A DNA stretch of 64,000 bases from Eledone cirrhosa (GCA_964016885.1 OZ024740.1:327732001-327796000), one strand, 5' to 3'; shown: positions 41,047 to 54,447, counted from the stretch's first letter. Made by a program: numbers and translations. Notes: generated by a model from the sequence alone, not told the origin.

Positions 41047-41243
41047 GTTGAAATTTTTGAAAAATAATATTTTTACACAAATACGGATACGACACCCCGT
41101 AAAGGGGTGCCGTATTATTTACTAGTGAACCCCTGTATTAGGTGGGTCACTTCTTCTAAATTTTTATCAAAATTAAGAACGGTTGAAAAAGAGGTAAAAC
41201 GTTGAAAAAGACTGGAGGCGATAAGAAGCGTGGCTTCACCAAC

Positions 41244-41340
<97 letters not shown>
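41244..41340. repeat. (TAA)n microsatellite
   Basis: Directly visible. Confidence 0.95.
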
Positions 41341-41342
<2 letters not shown>

Positions 41343-42184
41343 CTTTAACCCATCAGTGGTTGGCATCCTCTGGACTGAAATCGGAGACTGAAGGACTGAT
41401 TATATCCGCACAAGATCAGTGTCTGCCAACAAAAAATTACCAAGCCAACATAATAAAAAATGGGTGCAGCCCATTATGCCGTGTATGCAAAAAACAACCA
41501 GAGACCATTGACCATATAATTTCAATGTGCAGTCCTATAGCTCCAACCGAATACCTAAACAGGCATGACAGAGCTGCACAATACATACATTGGATAATGT
41601 GTAAGCATTTTGACCTGCCCCATCAAAAGAATTGGTGGGAGCATCAACCACCTCCCATACTTGAAAAAGATCACATCTCCATCTTGTGGAACTTTAGCAT
41701 CCAAACAGACCGAAAAATAGATGCAAATAGACCTGATATAATATTGAAGGACTTTCAAAGGAGGGTATGCCTGCTAATTGATATGTCTGTTCCAATAGAC
41801 AAGAATGTATCTATAAAAACATTTGAAAAATTGAGCAAGTATAAGGACCTGGAGATAGAAATTGGAAAAATGTGGAAATTGAGAACTAAAACAATACCAG
41901 TGGTTGTAGGCGCTCTGGGAATGATACCTAAGGGGTCTAACGACTACTTATCGCAAATCCCAGGAAACCCGCGTATAGGAGAAATACAAAAGATAGTACT
42001 AATGGGAACTGCCCATATACTAAGGAAGATCCTGTCAATATAAGTACATCACAAGTCTAAACACTAAGGATGCATGTGTGAATATGTGTGTTCTTTCTTG
42101 AACATGGCGGACCTTGTTGTCTCTTGAGGTCACTGGTTGTGACTTGGTGATAACTCGTATAAACATAAAGCAAGATAAATGCAA
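41341..42184 (+). mobile_element. 5'-truncated R4/Dong-type copy
   Basis: Near-identical to 34480-35325; (TAA)n flanks. Confidence 0.9.
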
Positions 42185-42211
42185 ATAATAATAATAATAA
42201 TAATAATAATA

Positions 42212-43296
42212 AGAGAATAACATGATTGGATGATCAAACTCGTTTTGAAACACGAAAGCATCAAAAGATCATACTCCATTACAAAAAATGCACAAAGATA
42301 CAGTAATGGACTACAAATTTGAGAAGTCCCATTTACTGCTGAAATGGAAAACACAGAAAAAGCAAAGCAGGTAAAAGTAACTGCTACAGAAACTGGCTAA
42401 GAAATGGCAAGAAAAGCCTCTGTATGGGAAATACCCAGAAAGAGCTAACAATCCTGATGTTGACAAAACTTGGCATCCTCTGGACTGAAATCGGAGACTG
42501 AGGGACTGATTATATCAGCACAAGATCAGTGTCTGCCAACAAAAAATTACCAAGCCAACATAATAAAAAATGGATGCAGCCCATTATGCCGTGTATGTAA
42601 AAAACAACCAGAGACCATTGATCATATAATTTCAATGTGCAGTCATATAGCTCCAACCGAATACCTAAACAGGCATGACAGAGCTGCACAATACATACAT
42701 TGGATAATGTGTAAGCATTTTGACCTGCCCCATCAAAAGAATTGGTGGGAGCATCAACCACCTCCCGTACTTGAAAAAGATCACATCCCAATCTTGTGGA
42801 ACTTTAGCATCCAAACAGACCGAAAATAGATGCAAATAGACCTGATATAATACTGAAGGACTTTAAAAAGAGGGTATGCCTGCTAATTGATATGTCCGTT
42901 CCAATAGACAAGAATGTATCTATAAAAACATTTGAAAAATTGAGCAAGTATAAGGACCTGGAGATAGAAATTGGAAAAATGTAGAAATTGAGAACTAAAA
43001 CAATACCAGTGGTTGTAGGCGCTCTAGGAATGATACCTAAGGGGTCTAATGATTACTTATCGCAAATCCCAGGAAACCCGCGTATAAGAGAAATACAAAA
43101 GATAGTACTAATGGGAACTGCCCATATACTAAGGAAGATTCTGTCAATATAAGTACATCACAAGTCTAAACACCTAAAGATGCATGTGTGTGTATGTATG
43201 TTCTTTCTTGAACATGGCGGACCTTGTTGTCTCTTGAGGTCACTGGTTGTGACTTGGTGATAACTCGTATGAACATAAAGCAAGATAAATGCAACT
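42212..43296 (+). mobile_element. 5'-truncated R4/Dong-type copy with stops and small deletions
   Basis: Homologous to 34212-35325; (TAA)n flanks. Confidence 0.9.
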
Positions 43297-44308
43297 ATAA
43301 TAATAATAATAATAATAATATTAATAGAAGGTTCCTTACAGCTCAGAGAGGAAACATAAGCTGGATGATTATATTTTCTCTCTCTGGGTTGTAATGATCT
43401 TTCCTCTCACATAGTTATCATCAATATGTCCTCCGTATATGTCTTCCTTCAAATGACAGGGAAGCTGACCATAATATCTCTATCCGACTTTATATACTTT
43501 TTTAGCTAACTGTCTTAACTGTACCCTCAGGTACAGTTTTTCTATTATTTCTGCATTGTTCCCATAGAAATTTAAATTAACTGTTTTTCTTTCCTTGTCA
43601 CCTGTTCGTTTCCTTTCACAATTTCCGTACAGCAACTGGCCTATCACTGTAGAAGACCTGTCAACCTTTAAAAACCCAAACGGGGAGTACCATGAAAAAA
43701 GGTTCCCCAAAACGGAGAGAAATGAGGTAAAATGGGGAGATTTTACATAATGAAAGCTATACTCATTTTCACCAAAGTATCTGGGAGATCTTCCCGCCGG
43801 ATGGGGAGTATTGACAGGTCTGCTGGGGTAAAGTTCTGACTGAAGCGTTTAGGAACTTATTACAGGCAAACCGAGGTTGACCGGTGTGATTAACAGAAAA
43901 GTTATTTGTTTTGGTCTATATTCCATTTGAATTTTAAATTTAATAACGCTAGACGTCCATTCTCCTGCCTGATTTATTGATTCACATATATTTGGTTTAG
44001 TAGATTATAAAAACATATTCTTGACGTAAAATATTCAACACTCAATGCGATCGTTAGAAATACTAGATGTTCTGTCATTGTCACAATTTCAGAAATCCTG
44101 ATTCAAATGAAGAATAATAACATCAATTCGGAGAATATAGTAAAAGACGCGATCAATATAACATACGTTTATTGCATAACAATTTTTTTCTACAATAATT
44201 ATGTTCGCGTTAACTACAATATCAAAGCCGGATTTAGACAATTATCGCGTTTTCAAAAGTAAAATCTGGAGAGAGGCACGCTGAATCTATACCTGTCTCT
44301 CACATCCA

Positions 44309-44423
<115 letters not shown>

Positions 44424-44568
44424 TGTGTGTGCGTGTGCAGATTTTATCATCCATTACTAAGTGGGGTGGTCCATATGGAATGGGAGGAGACTTTGGAGAA
44501 ATCAGAGATTGTCTTCCTGGTCGCTGTTTATTTTTGAAGCTATTGTAGTGTTAGTATTAAACGTAAAC

Positions 44569-44876
44569 GCACGTGTTGCGCTGGTTGGGCATCTATTTAC
44601 AGATGTCCGTGTATGAGGATATGAGGGTCTGTGTAAACATGTATATGACGTATGTGTGTGTAGGTGAATGTATCTGTATGTGTGCATATATGTAAATATG
44701 AGTCTAATTCTATAAGTACTCATGTATGTATGTATAAAAGGTTATGTCGGCAATCGGGTGTCACACCGGCTCTAGTCTTGTTAATTCAATAACCCAATTG
44801 CAATGTACGGCTTCCTAAACATACCCAGAATGCTTCAAGAAAACTACTACACATTATATGTGTGTGTATGTGTGTG

Positions 44877-44908
<32 letters not shown>

Positions 44909-45011
44909 ATACATACATATATCATCATGATTTGACTTCGCGAATGAAGATTATGATATATATATATATATCATAATCTTCATTCGCGAAGCCAAATCAT
45001 TATGATATATT

Positions 45012-45087
<76 letters not shown>

Positions 45088-45280
45088 CAGACATACACAC
45101 ACATATATTGTGTAGTAGTTGCTTGAAGCATTCTGGGTATGTTTAGGAAGCCGTACATTGCAATTGGGTTATTGAATTAACAAGACTAGAGCCGGTGTGA
45201 ATCTGACTCTTTTCACACAGAAAGGAAAGAAATGAAGCCCAGTAGCTGATTTAACACGATCAAATCCCCCAGAATCCAAT

Positions 45281-45314
<34 letters not shown>

Positions 45315-45510
45315 GAGACACCCGATTGCCGACATCACCTTTTATACATACATACATGCGTACTTATAGAATTAGACTCATATTTACATATATGCACACA
45401 TACAGATACATTCACCTACACACACATACGTCATATACATGTTTACGCAGACCCTCATATCCTCATACGCAGACACCTGTATATAGATGTCCAACCACCC
45501 CAACACGTGC
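44569..45510. repeat. Spacer-less imperfect palindrome (~940 bp)
   Basis: Arms mirror around (TA)7 centred at 44963/44964; right arm has ~118 extra bp (45201-45318). Confidence 0.9.
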
Positions 45511-45569
<59 letters not shown>

Positions 45570-45948
45570 GAGAAGTGGGAGATGTGGGGATTCATAATGT
45601 ATATAACGACGTATATCAATGTATGAAAATTGTATTTGATTTTGCGGTTTATTTAATTTAATACACGACCGTTTCCTCTTTACAAAATGTTGACACACCT
45701 ACACCATTTAATTAAGCAGTGATAGAATATGAAACAACCCAACACAACACCCTTGATTAGATTCGAAACAGTACTTAGTTTTGAATAAAAGAAAATTATT
45801 ATTTATCGAATCGTGGATACTCCATAAACACGACTCTGAAACTATGGTGTGTAGGCAATCGGAAAAAGAAAAAAAAGGGTCCTTAACTCATGGTGGAGCT
45901 TACAAAGACAGCATCTTAACACAGGGTGTGACTTGGCCATCTATCCAT

Positions 45949-46005
<57 letters not shown>

Positions 46006-46125
46006 TATAGACATAGAATATTCGAAAATATTCTGTATGTTTATAATAAACATTTTGAAGACCTAATCGCTATAGAATAGAATACGTCACGTATTACAAT
46101 TAGATTCTCGATAAAAGCAAGGGAA

Positions 46126-46168
46126 GTAATCTACGCGTTTCATTCTTGTTAGAAATCTTCAGGACTAC
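46126..46168 (-). ncRNA. Type I hammerhead ribozyme (unit 1)
   Basis: gtagtc-CTGAAGA-t-ttct-aaca-agaa-t-GAAA-cgcg-TA-gattac; 6-bp stem I, palindromic stem III ACGCGT, GUA triplet. Confidence 0.85.
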
Positions 46169-46435
46169 ATATCCAGTGCTTTTATCGAGAATGACACAGC
46201 TAGAGACTTATAGAATACTTAGCTGTGTACAGGAACTGGTTTGAAAGAGCGGTTGCCGGTCCGGCAGAAATTAGAAATTGGAATAAATGCTCTGAAATAG
46301 CGATATATATGTGAATATAGACATAGAATATTCGAAAATATTCTGTATGTTTATAATAAACATTTTGAAGACCTAATCGCTATAGAATAGAATACGTCAC
46401 GTATTACAATTAGATTCTCGATAAAAGCAAGGGAA

Positions 46436-46478
46436 GTAATCTACGCGTTTCATTCTTGTTAGAAATCTTCAGGACTAC
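46436..46478 (-). ncRNA. Type I hammerhead ribozyme (unit 2)
   Basis: Identical to 46126-46168. Confidence 0.85.
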
Positions 46479-46745
46479 ATATCCAGTGCTTTTATCGAGA
46501 ATGACACAGCTAGAGACTTATAGAATACTTAGCTGTGTACAGGAACTGGTTTGAAAGAGCGGTTGCCGGTCCGGCAGAAATTAGAAATTGGAATAAATGC
46601 TCTGAAATAGCGATATATATGTGAATATAGACATAGAATATTCGAAAATATTCTGTATGTTTATAATAAACATTTTGAAGACCTAATCGCTATAGAATAG
46701 AATACGTCACGTATTACAATTAGATTCTCGATAAAAGCAAGGGAA

Positions 46746-46788
46746 GTAATCTACGCGTTTCATTCTTGTTAGAAATCTTCAGGACTAC
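46746..46788 (-). ncRNA. Type I hammerhead ribozyme (unit 3)
   Basis: Identical to 46126-46168. Confidence 0.85.
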
Positions 46789-47087
46789 ATATCCAGTGCT
46801 TTTATCGAGAATGACACAGCTAGAGACTTATAGAATACTTAGCTGTGTACAGGAACTGGTTTGAAAGAGCGGTTGCCGGTCCAGCAGAAATTAGAAATTG
46901 GAATAAATGCTCTGAAATAGCGATATATATGTGAATATAGACATAGAATATTCGAAAATATTCTGTATGTTTATAATAAACATTTTGAAGACCTAATCGC
47001 TATAGAATAGAATACGTCACGTATTACAATTAGATTCTCGATAAAAGCAAGGGAAGTAATCTACGCGTTTCATTCTTGTTATATATA

Positions 47088-47240
47088 TAACAAAGAAGGT
47101 GTGGTAAGATACCAGGTGGACCATAACGCACCAGAGTACTCGATACTTAGGGTAGAAGAGGGGGTAATATGAAAAGAGTCAGGACCCCAACGGCTGAGCT
47201 CTGGCCGTTCGGCAGCTAGATCCGAACTATGTCAGCAGTA
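47088..47240. repeat. Dispersed repeat of unknown class
   Basis: 47088-47168 matches reverse complement of 18955-19033; 47173-47232 matches 16066-16125. Confidence 0.7.
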
Positions 47241-47402
47241 TTAGAACGGTATGAATCTGACTCTTTTCACACAAGCCGATACTGCTTGCCATCACGGTCG
47301 GGATGTTAAAACATCTCTATAACCACTCTACATCTCCCCATGTATCGAGTATTCACATGATTAGTGGCCTACTCTACGGCAGAGTCCAGGGCAGACTCTA
47401 TT

Positions 47403-47529
<127 letters not shown>

Positions 47530-47939
47530 TGGAATAGATAGTGGAGAAGTGAGAAATAGATCTCGAAAAAGAATCGATATTTTATTTATAGCGCTTGAAA
47601 GGACACATGGCAAAGTTAAACTCAAAGAGCAATGAATCGGAACAAATACTAGGTTTTTAATCCGATCCAACGCCCCTAACTACATTGCGAATTCGCCACC
47701 TTTGTAATCAATCAAATATACTTAAAGATAAAATTAGAACTCACACGACATATACGATGTTTCCATTAATTTAATTCATAAATATGATATATTTACTATC
47801 ATGATTCACGTTGTGGTTATACAATATATATCAGCGTGTTTGTCTGTATGAGCGTGTCCGTAACTCCTAGTGAAATCGTAAGGGCAATTTCTGAACACAA
47901 GCGATTTCTTCTATAGAAGGAGCGAGGAATATAGAGGAA

Positions 47940-48095
47940 AATTTCATCCCAGTACTGGACTGGTACTTCATAAACCTCGAATGGATGAAAGGCAACGTTC
48001 ACCACGGCAGGATTTGATCTAAGAGTACTGATAGCCAGAAGGTCTACTGCAAAGTATTTTGTATGACATTCTAATGGCTCTGCCAATTTTTCACC
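47940..48095 (-). mobile_element. SINE family B, degenerate
   Basis: CTGGTACTT...GGATGAAAGGCAA...GGATTTGA...CTGCCAAT is the reverse complement of the family core. Confidence 0.7.
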
Positions 48096-48327
48096 TATCA
48101 TCACCCTTTTTAAATGTTTATGTGTGTGTGTGCGTGTGCGTGTGTGTGTGTGTGTGACTAAGTGTTCATTCGCAGTTTACGGTTGTCTTACATTTCCTTT
48201 GATATCTTATTAAGTTAATAGTTAGGGGAGGTTATGAGTGTGTATATTACTTCAGTTAAGGAGGTGCAGTTTAGAGAGAGTATGAGTTTTATTTATTATG
48301 GGAAAGTAATAAAAGGACAGGATTTTG

Positions 48328-48363
<36 letters not shown>

Positions 48364-49029
48364 GAGGCGTTAAAATCATACTAAAATGCAATCTTCAGTC
48401 GTAATCCTCGTTATTGATAATTAGAGTCAGGAAACAAGAAATTACACTAGGTTGGTAGTTGATACTATTTCTTAGTGATATTTTTATTTCTGTGAAGTCG
48501 TTATGCCGTAACCTCTAATTATTTCAGTGGCTTTAAAATATAGCCCATATTAATGAGTAATCAATTCCGTTGGAATATTAAATATTACTAAATAGTGATA
48601 CTGCAGGGATTCTAATCCACCGAATAATCTCTGGTAGTTTATTATTAAGAACAAATTTAATTTAACCCGTCTCTACCGTCTCAACCATTAATGTAGGAAT
48701 TCACAAATTGAAAATTTGCAATGTAAATTTTCAGCTTCTATTGGTGGCTTAATGAAACACACGCTGTAGAATAAGAGTCGACCAAGCTAATAGCTTATCG
48801 ATAGGAAGGTCAATGGTTCATTTTTCGCAGTGTATATTCTGTGTTGTATTTTTGACAAAACACAACCTCTTCGAGTCAGTGTACTTGCCTCAGATGGTAA
48901 AAACAATTCAACATAAATATGTGTGTAGTTTGATTATCCTAGAGTGCTGTGTCAAAGCTCCCATAACGAATATGGTCGATATATACATATATACAATTAC
49001 ATATACATATTAGTGACCACTAAAGAAAG

Positions 49030-49106
<77 letters not shown>

Positions 49107-49554
49107 AGTGATTGTAACGTCCAGTTACTGTAGGTTAACCAAAGTGACCACACGATGCGTAGTTTCTAGTAGGTATAACGGTGTTGTACTGAGCAGAGTG
49201 CAATAATAATAAAAAGGGCTGGGGTGTTAGAACATTTATTGAGATGTGACTCGAGTTTCGCGATTGATCAGCTCAAGGCTCGATCTGTATCGATCTTGCC
49301 CGACATCTTTGTACTGCCTACTTGACTACTGCAACTCTCCCCTTCCCTCTGTTCCGCTAACGCAGCTATTTATCTCTTGAATCTCACCCCAACACCCTCA
49401 TATCGCCACATAGATGCCACTGTCTACGAACTGGCCAAAGCACCATCACGCATACATACAAATATTGTTCTTTGCTTGTTAGTATACCAGAGGTAATCTA
49501 TTATTACTAACAATAATTTAATTACTATTCATTCATTATTAGTATGCATTATGA

Positions 49555-49745
49555 GGGCGGTGAATTAGCAGTATCGGTAGAGGGTCGGACGCCGCCATGT
49601 TTTCCAGCATAGTTACGTCCCTTTATGGTCTGAGTTCAAATCCCGTCGAGGTTAACTTTGCCTTTCATCCTTACCGGGTCGATAAAATAAAGTACCAGTA
49701 ATGAACTGGGTAATTGCTGGCCTTGTTCCAAAAGTAGAAACAATT
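49555..49745 (+). mobile_element. SINE family B, full length
   Basis: GGGCGGTGAATTAGCAGTATCGGTAGAG head, GAGTTCAAATCCC B box, (ATT)n tail. Confidence 0.85.
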
Positions 49746-50873
49746 ATTATTATGCGTTTATCTACTTATTAACTAGTAATGTAACTTATGTTGTTGTGGG
49801 TTTTTTCTATTTACACTAGCATTTAATAAAGCTCAGATTGATTTTAAATGATGTGCATGAGTGTGAGATAAGTTTGAACTCTCAAATTTATGGAGGAGAC
49901 AGTGTGCTAAGTGAGAGATGTCTCTAACGGAATTTTAACTAACCGGCATGAAAATTTACACGCCCTGGCTACGGGTTTTCCATTATATTACAGACATGAC
50001 TCTGCTATAATCTAGAGGTTCTTAGAATAGTTAGTGACGCCTTTGTTCATTCGTATATACATTCCACAAGGTTTATGAACAAAACTAACACAAGACTTTC
50101 TTGGATCTTCTCGGCTAATAATTTCATATTTTTCACTCTTCAGACGTTTCTGTTTTTAGCTCAACGTTCTGTACCGCATGAAATTCTATTAAAACCGATA
50201 GAGAATTTTTAGAGATCTTTTATTGCTAAATTGAACAACTAAAGCAACTACGTACACTGGTACACTGGTTCCAATAGATCAGTTGAATAAATTATATTTG
50301 TCATTGTTTTGTGGTTCTATAAATTCTACAATTTGGTTTGAGTCCAGCAGTTTTACAATTAAAGAGCGATGCCTGAGAAATCTGGAGCAAGTTCAATTGT
50401 CAGAAATCAATAAACTTTTATTGAAATCTATAAAATTGAGAAACTGATGAAGTGATAAGTAGGATATCTTTAGCTGACAATTTAATATAAATTGTTTTTA
50501 ATGCTTGGAACATTATAAAAGTTGGAATAAATTTATAGTTCAGAAAAGATGTATAACATTGACTAATGCTCTTTTTGTGGAGGGGGCTTCATCGGCTTGT
50601 ATGGGAGATAATTCCAAACGTTTCAGCCTTATTTTGTTAATTCCAACCATACTATCTCCGAAGATGATAGCGATTCATTCTGTATGTAATTATTGATAAT
50701 TGTATGCTGTTGGTTTAAAGAAATAATTGTCTAAAGATTTTCAGGTGGATCAAATTTAAACCAACTTAACTATAAGTGATAGTTAAGTTGGATTAAAGTT
50801 GATCCACAACTCCATAGATGAATTACAGTTGCTGGGACATGTGAACTTGTAGATATTCCTGAACAATAAGTTT

Positions 50874-50986
<113 letters not shown>

Positions 50987-51078
50987 AATAAAGATTCAGC
51001 GAGAATCGCATTTTCGGCGGGCAGGAAAAGCGAAGCGAAACGCAAAAATCAGAAATGATACTGGCAAAGTGCTCAATA

Positions 51079-51154
<76 letters not shown>

Positions 51155-52074
51155 CACGTACCTTGCAGTGCATAGCAAAGTTTGGATTCACTTGGGATTT
51201 CGTTATTTGAAATGCTTAATTTGTTGGGGTTTTTTAAATATATGGAATTAATTTCTTAAATTAAGTAGATTTCAATAACAGAAACTTCTATAATCCTTTC
51301 GAGGCTCTTTCGGTAATTACCTCAAGCGTGCAGGGAGAAACGGTACTGACGAAATTATTTACACAGCTTTTTAGTTTTAAAAGGAGTATTTTATTAAATA
51401 CATTAATTGATTCTATTTTCTCGTTGTGTTTAGTAAAATGGGCAGTGGCGATATGACCTCTGTGCCTCTAAATTGATGATGTATTGGTTATCTGTGAGTG
51501 ATTGGCTAATCATTATATTTAGATTATCATCATTCAAAAATATTTTACAGTAATTGGAATTCTAAGTGAACACGTCATTTCAAAATGTGATTAATGATTT
51601 CAAAAAGTGAGAATAGGAATATCAAATGAGTTCTGAAAATAACCGATTTGGAGTCGGGTTCATTTTAATACATAGATTTTAAAGTATAGATTATAAAAGT
51701 TAATTTTGGAAGCAGATTGGTGATCTATAGCCTGCCATGGGAAATGCTGCCAGTTTCACTCTCTCATAATGCAAGAGCCTTTACAAACCCATACAGACAC
51801 AACAAACTGATGCCAACGGTCAAATATTTGGCTTTATATCAAAGAAGAATCTTTTAAATCTAAATAGATTTACATTGTCCAATGTGTCTTTCCATTATTA
51901 AGATAGTAAGGTGTGATTCGAGGAAATATGGCTGCTATTTCAAGCAGGTCAAACGATCAAATAGAGGTTCCTTCGTTGAATCGATACATATTTATATCTG
52001 AAAATTTGATCTTTTGAATGTGACAGAATACAGTACGGTGGCGAGATCTGAACTTTCGACAATTTTTATCACTA

Positions 52075-52385
52075 CAGCTTAGCTAAATGGTTAAAAAATT
52101 CTGGGTTTGACCCTTACAACGTGGCATCTTTGGTAAGTAACACAGTTTCGGGTCGACCTATGCCTTGTGAGTGAGGTTGGGTAGATCGAAACTAAAAGTC
52201 CGTCGGATAAACTAACTGTAATTTAAAGGTTGAGCATTGTCACTCTATGTGACACTGAATCTCCTTGAAAATTATGTTAAGGGTACACGTGTTTGCAAAA
52301 TGTTCGGTCCTTTCTAATTAATTTTACGAGTAGGCTGTTCCTTAGATCTAACTGAAATATCGTGGAAACCGACACAGATCCATTA
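52075..52385 (+). mobile_element. SINE family C, degenerate
   Basis: Similar to 2078-2440. Confidence 0.5.
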
Positions 52386-53609
52386 CTTCAACTCTTCCTT
52401 CTGCGAATCTAAAGCCAGTAAGGTAGAAAATATAAATACTGAATATTTTGGTATTAAGCTTTTAACAAGCTGAACACTTATTTCGTTAAGGAAAGGAAAT
52501 GAAATGTATTATTCTATCAATCCATCATGAAACTAAAAAATTAGATATTTTCCATATTAAATTACAAAGAAAATGATAGTTTATTTGGTGGTTGTGGGAG
52601 GTTGTAAAATTCTTTTGAATATTTATCGCATAAAATGAATGAATTTTATTTTGTTTTTGCATTATCCTTAATTGAAAAGTAGTTTTTTTAATAGAACTTT
52701 AACACTTCTTACTCATTTCGAATTCACTATTGCATTTGTCTTTCCCGATACAAGTCAAGCATATTTAACCTCATTGACCATATGAGGAATCCGTTAGTTG
52801 CAACACCAAAACAAAACAAAAATAAAATAGTTATGTATGTATGGTGATGATGTTTCTAATGCACAATTTATACTGTAACATTGATAATTTGACTTGTGTA
52901 ATTGAATTCAGATCAGGAATAAATACGCAAAAGCGATTTACATTAATGCAGTCTTAAAAGCGACTGCTTTCTGAATATATTAATAAAACTGATACGCTGT
53001 AATAGAACTCACTGACTGGCTATTCGTGATCAGACTATCTGACTGTACTATGTAAGTCTACAAATCCTCAAATAAAGGATATTTTATCATATAACCGTGC
53101 TCTTCACAAATTTATGACTAAAAACATGTTTTCAACACTCCATAAAATCAAAGGTTCTTTGATATTTAGAGTGGCGGCTTATGTCCAACTTTAAACGTAT
53201 AGAATGAAATTTTAAAAAAACGACAAATAGTTACGCAACACAATACATGAAAGAATACCTTCACAACCTAAATTTCGAAATCACATACTTAAAGCAATGA
53301 GTCACCAGTAGATCTTTTAGAATATTGCTAGTATATGAGGTCATGCAGGCTCAAAAGACCTTGTTATTGCCAACAAAATGTAACGTCACCAAACAGTTAG
53401 GAGAATAGTACTCGTGGTGGTGGGATTATTGTAGTTATGTAACGTAACGATGTCGATTGTCGTTATAGTGGTGTAGACATCTTTTTAGCTGCTTTCAGTC
53501 ATTGAACCGGAGACAGACGTTATCTTCAATATTACAATCTATTATACCGATCCTTGTACGTTTTATTTGTTTAAAAATCAACATCAGTTAGAATTAAATC
53601 ATACAATAG

Positions 53610-54245
53610 GTTTGATGACGAGTGCTGTATGGCAGGAATGAAAATCAGTACTGCGAAGACTGGGGCGCTCGCCCTCCTAAGGAATCCTGTGCAGTGCACG
53701 CTTCATGTGAATGGAGATCAACTGAAGCTGGTGGAGAAGTTTAAGTATTTGGTAATCAGAAGAAGGGGGTAGGTGCAAAAGCTAAACTCACAATCTTCAA
53801 TTCGATAATCGTGCCAACCCTTACCTATGGTCATAAATCATGGGTAATGACCGAAAGAATACGATCGCGAATACAAGCGACCTAGATGGGGTTCCTCCCA
53901 ATGGTTTTGGAGTAACGTTACTCGATAGAGCGCATAGCTTGAAGATCAGAGAGTCACTCCAGGTAGAGCCGATACTTCTCCGGATTAAGAAATCACAGGT
54001 CCGATACTATGGACATCTGATTAGAATGTCTCAGGAAAGAATCGCTGAACAAATTTTACGCGCAAAACCAACCGGCAGGATACTCAGGGGTGGATACCGA
54101 GCAAGATGGTTGAATAATATCTATAAGGTTGGTTGGTCTAGCTTGGGGATCCAACCACATCAATTGGAGACGGTTACTTTTGACAACACTAGAAGGGGGT
54201 ATTTGAGGATTCCCCCCATGAACCTCTCATGAATAAGTGGGCAAA
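53610..54245 (+). mobile_element. RTE-clade LINE 3' fragment
   Basis: AGMKISTAKT, LKLVEKFKYL, PTLTYGHKSWVMTERIRSRIQA, GVTLLDR...RYYGHLIRM...RARW, followed by an A-rich tail. Confidence 0.8.
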
Positions 54246-54391
54246 GAAAAAAAAAAGGTATGATCGGTTATGTTTTACTCAGTTGTATAAAGCAATTAAA
54301 AGTCAATGTATAATTGGTAGTTCTTCAAGGAATTGGTCTTATGAATTTTGTGTGTAATATTTTGGAAAATTTTGTGCATCATTCATTTAAA

Positions 54392-54445
<54 letters not shown>

Positions 54446-54447
<2 letters not shown>

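Larger units (their letters stand above)
35965..41234 (-). mobile_element. Near-full-length L1/Tx1-clade LINE, non-functional
   Basis: 5' UTR, ORF1 with CCHC knuckle, ORF2 with APE endonuclease and RT, 3' UTR with AATAAA at 35973-35978. Confidence 0.9.
46003..47080 (-). mobile_element. Tandem array of 310-bp hammerhead-containing monomers (candidate non-LTR retrozyme)
   Basis: Units start at 46003, 46313, 46623, 46933 (last partial); one substitution noticed (46883); one HHR per unit; (TA)n at both ends; no ORF. Confidence 0.85.

Noticed and set aside
43330-43710. Host exon or second Tx1 ORF1 remnant
   Set aside because: Only faint resemblance to ORF1, with a stop codon; cannot be supported without a search
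46003-47080. CRISPR-like array
   Set aside because: Units are wholly identical with no variable spacers; eukaryotic context, no cas genes
49112-49460. Solo LTR (TGTA...TACA)
   Set aside because: No TSD and no second copy in the window
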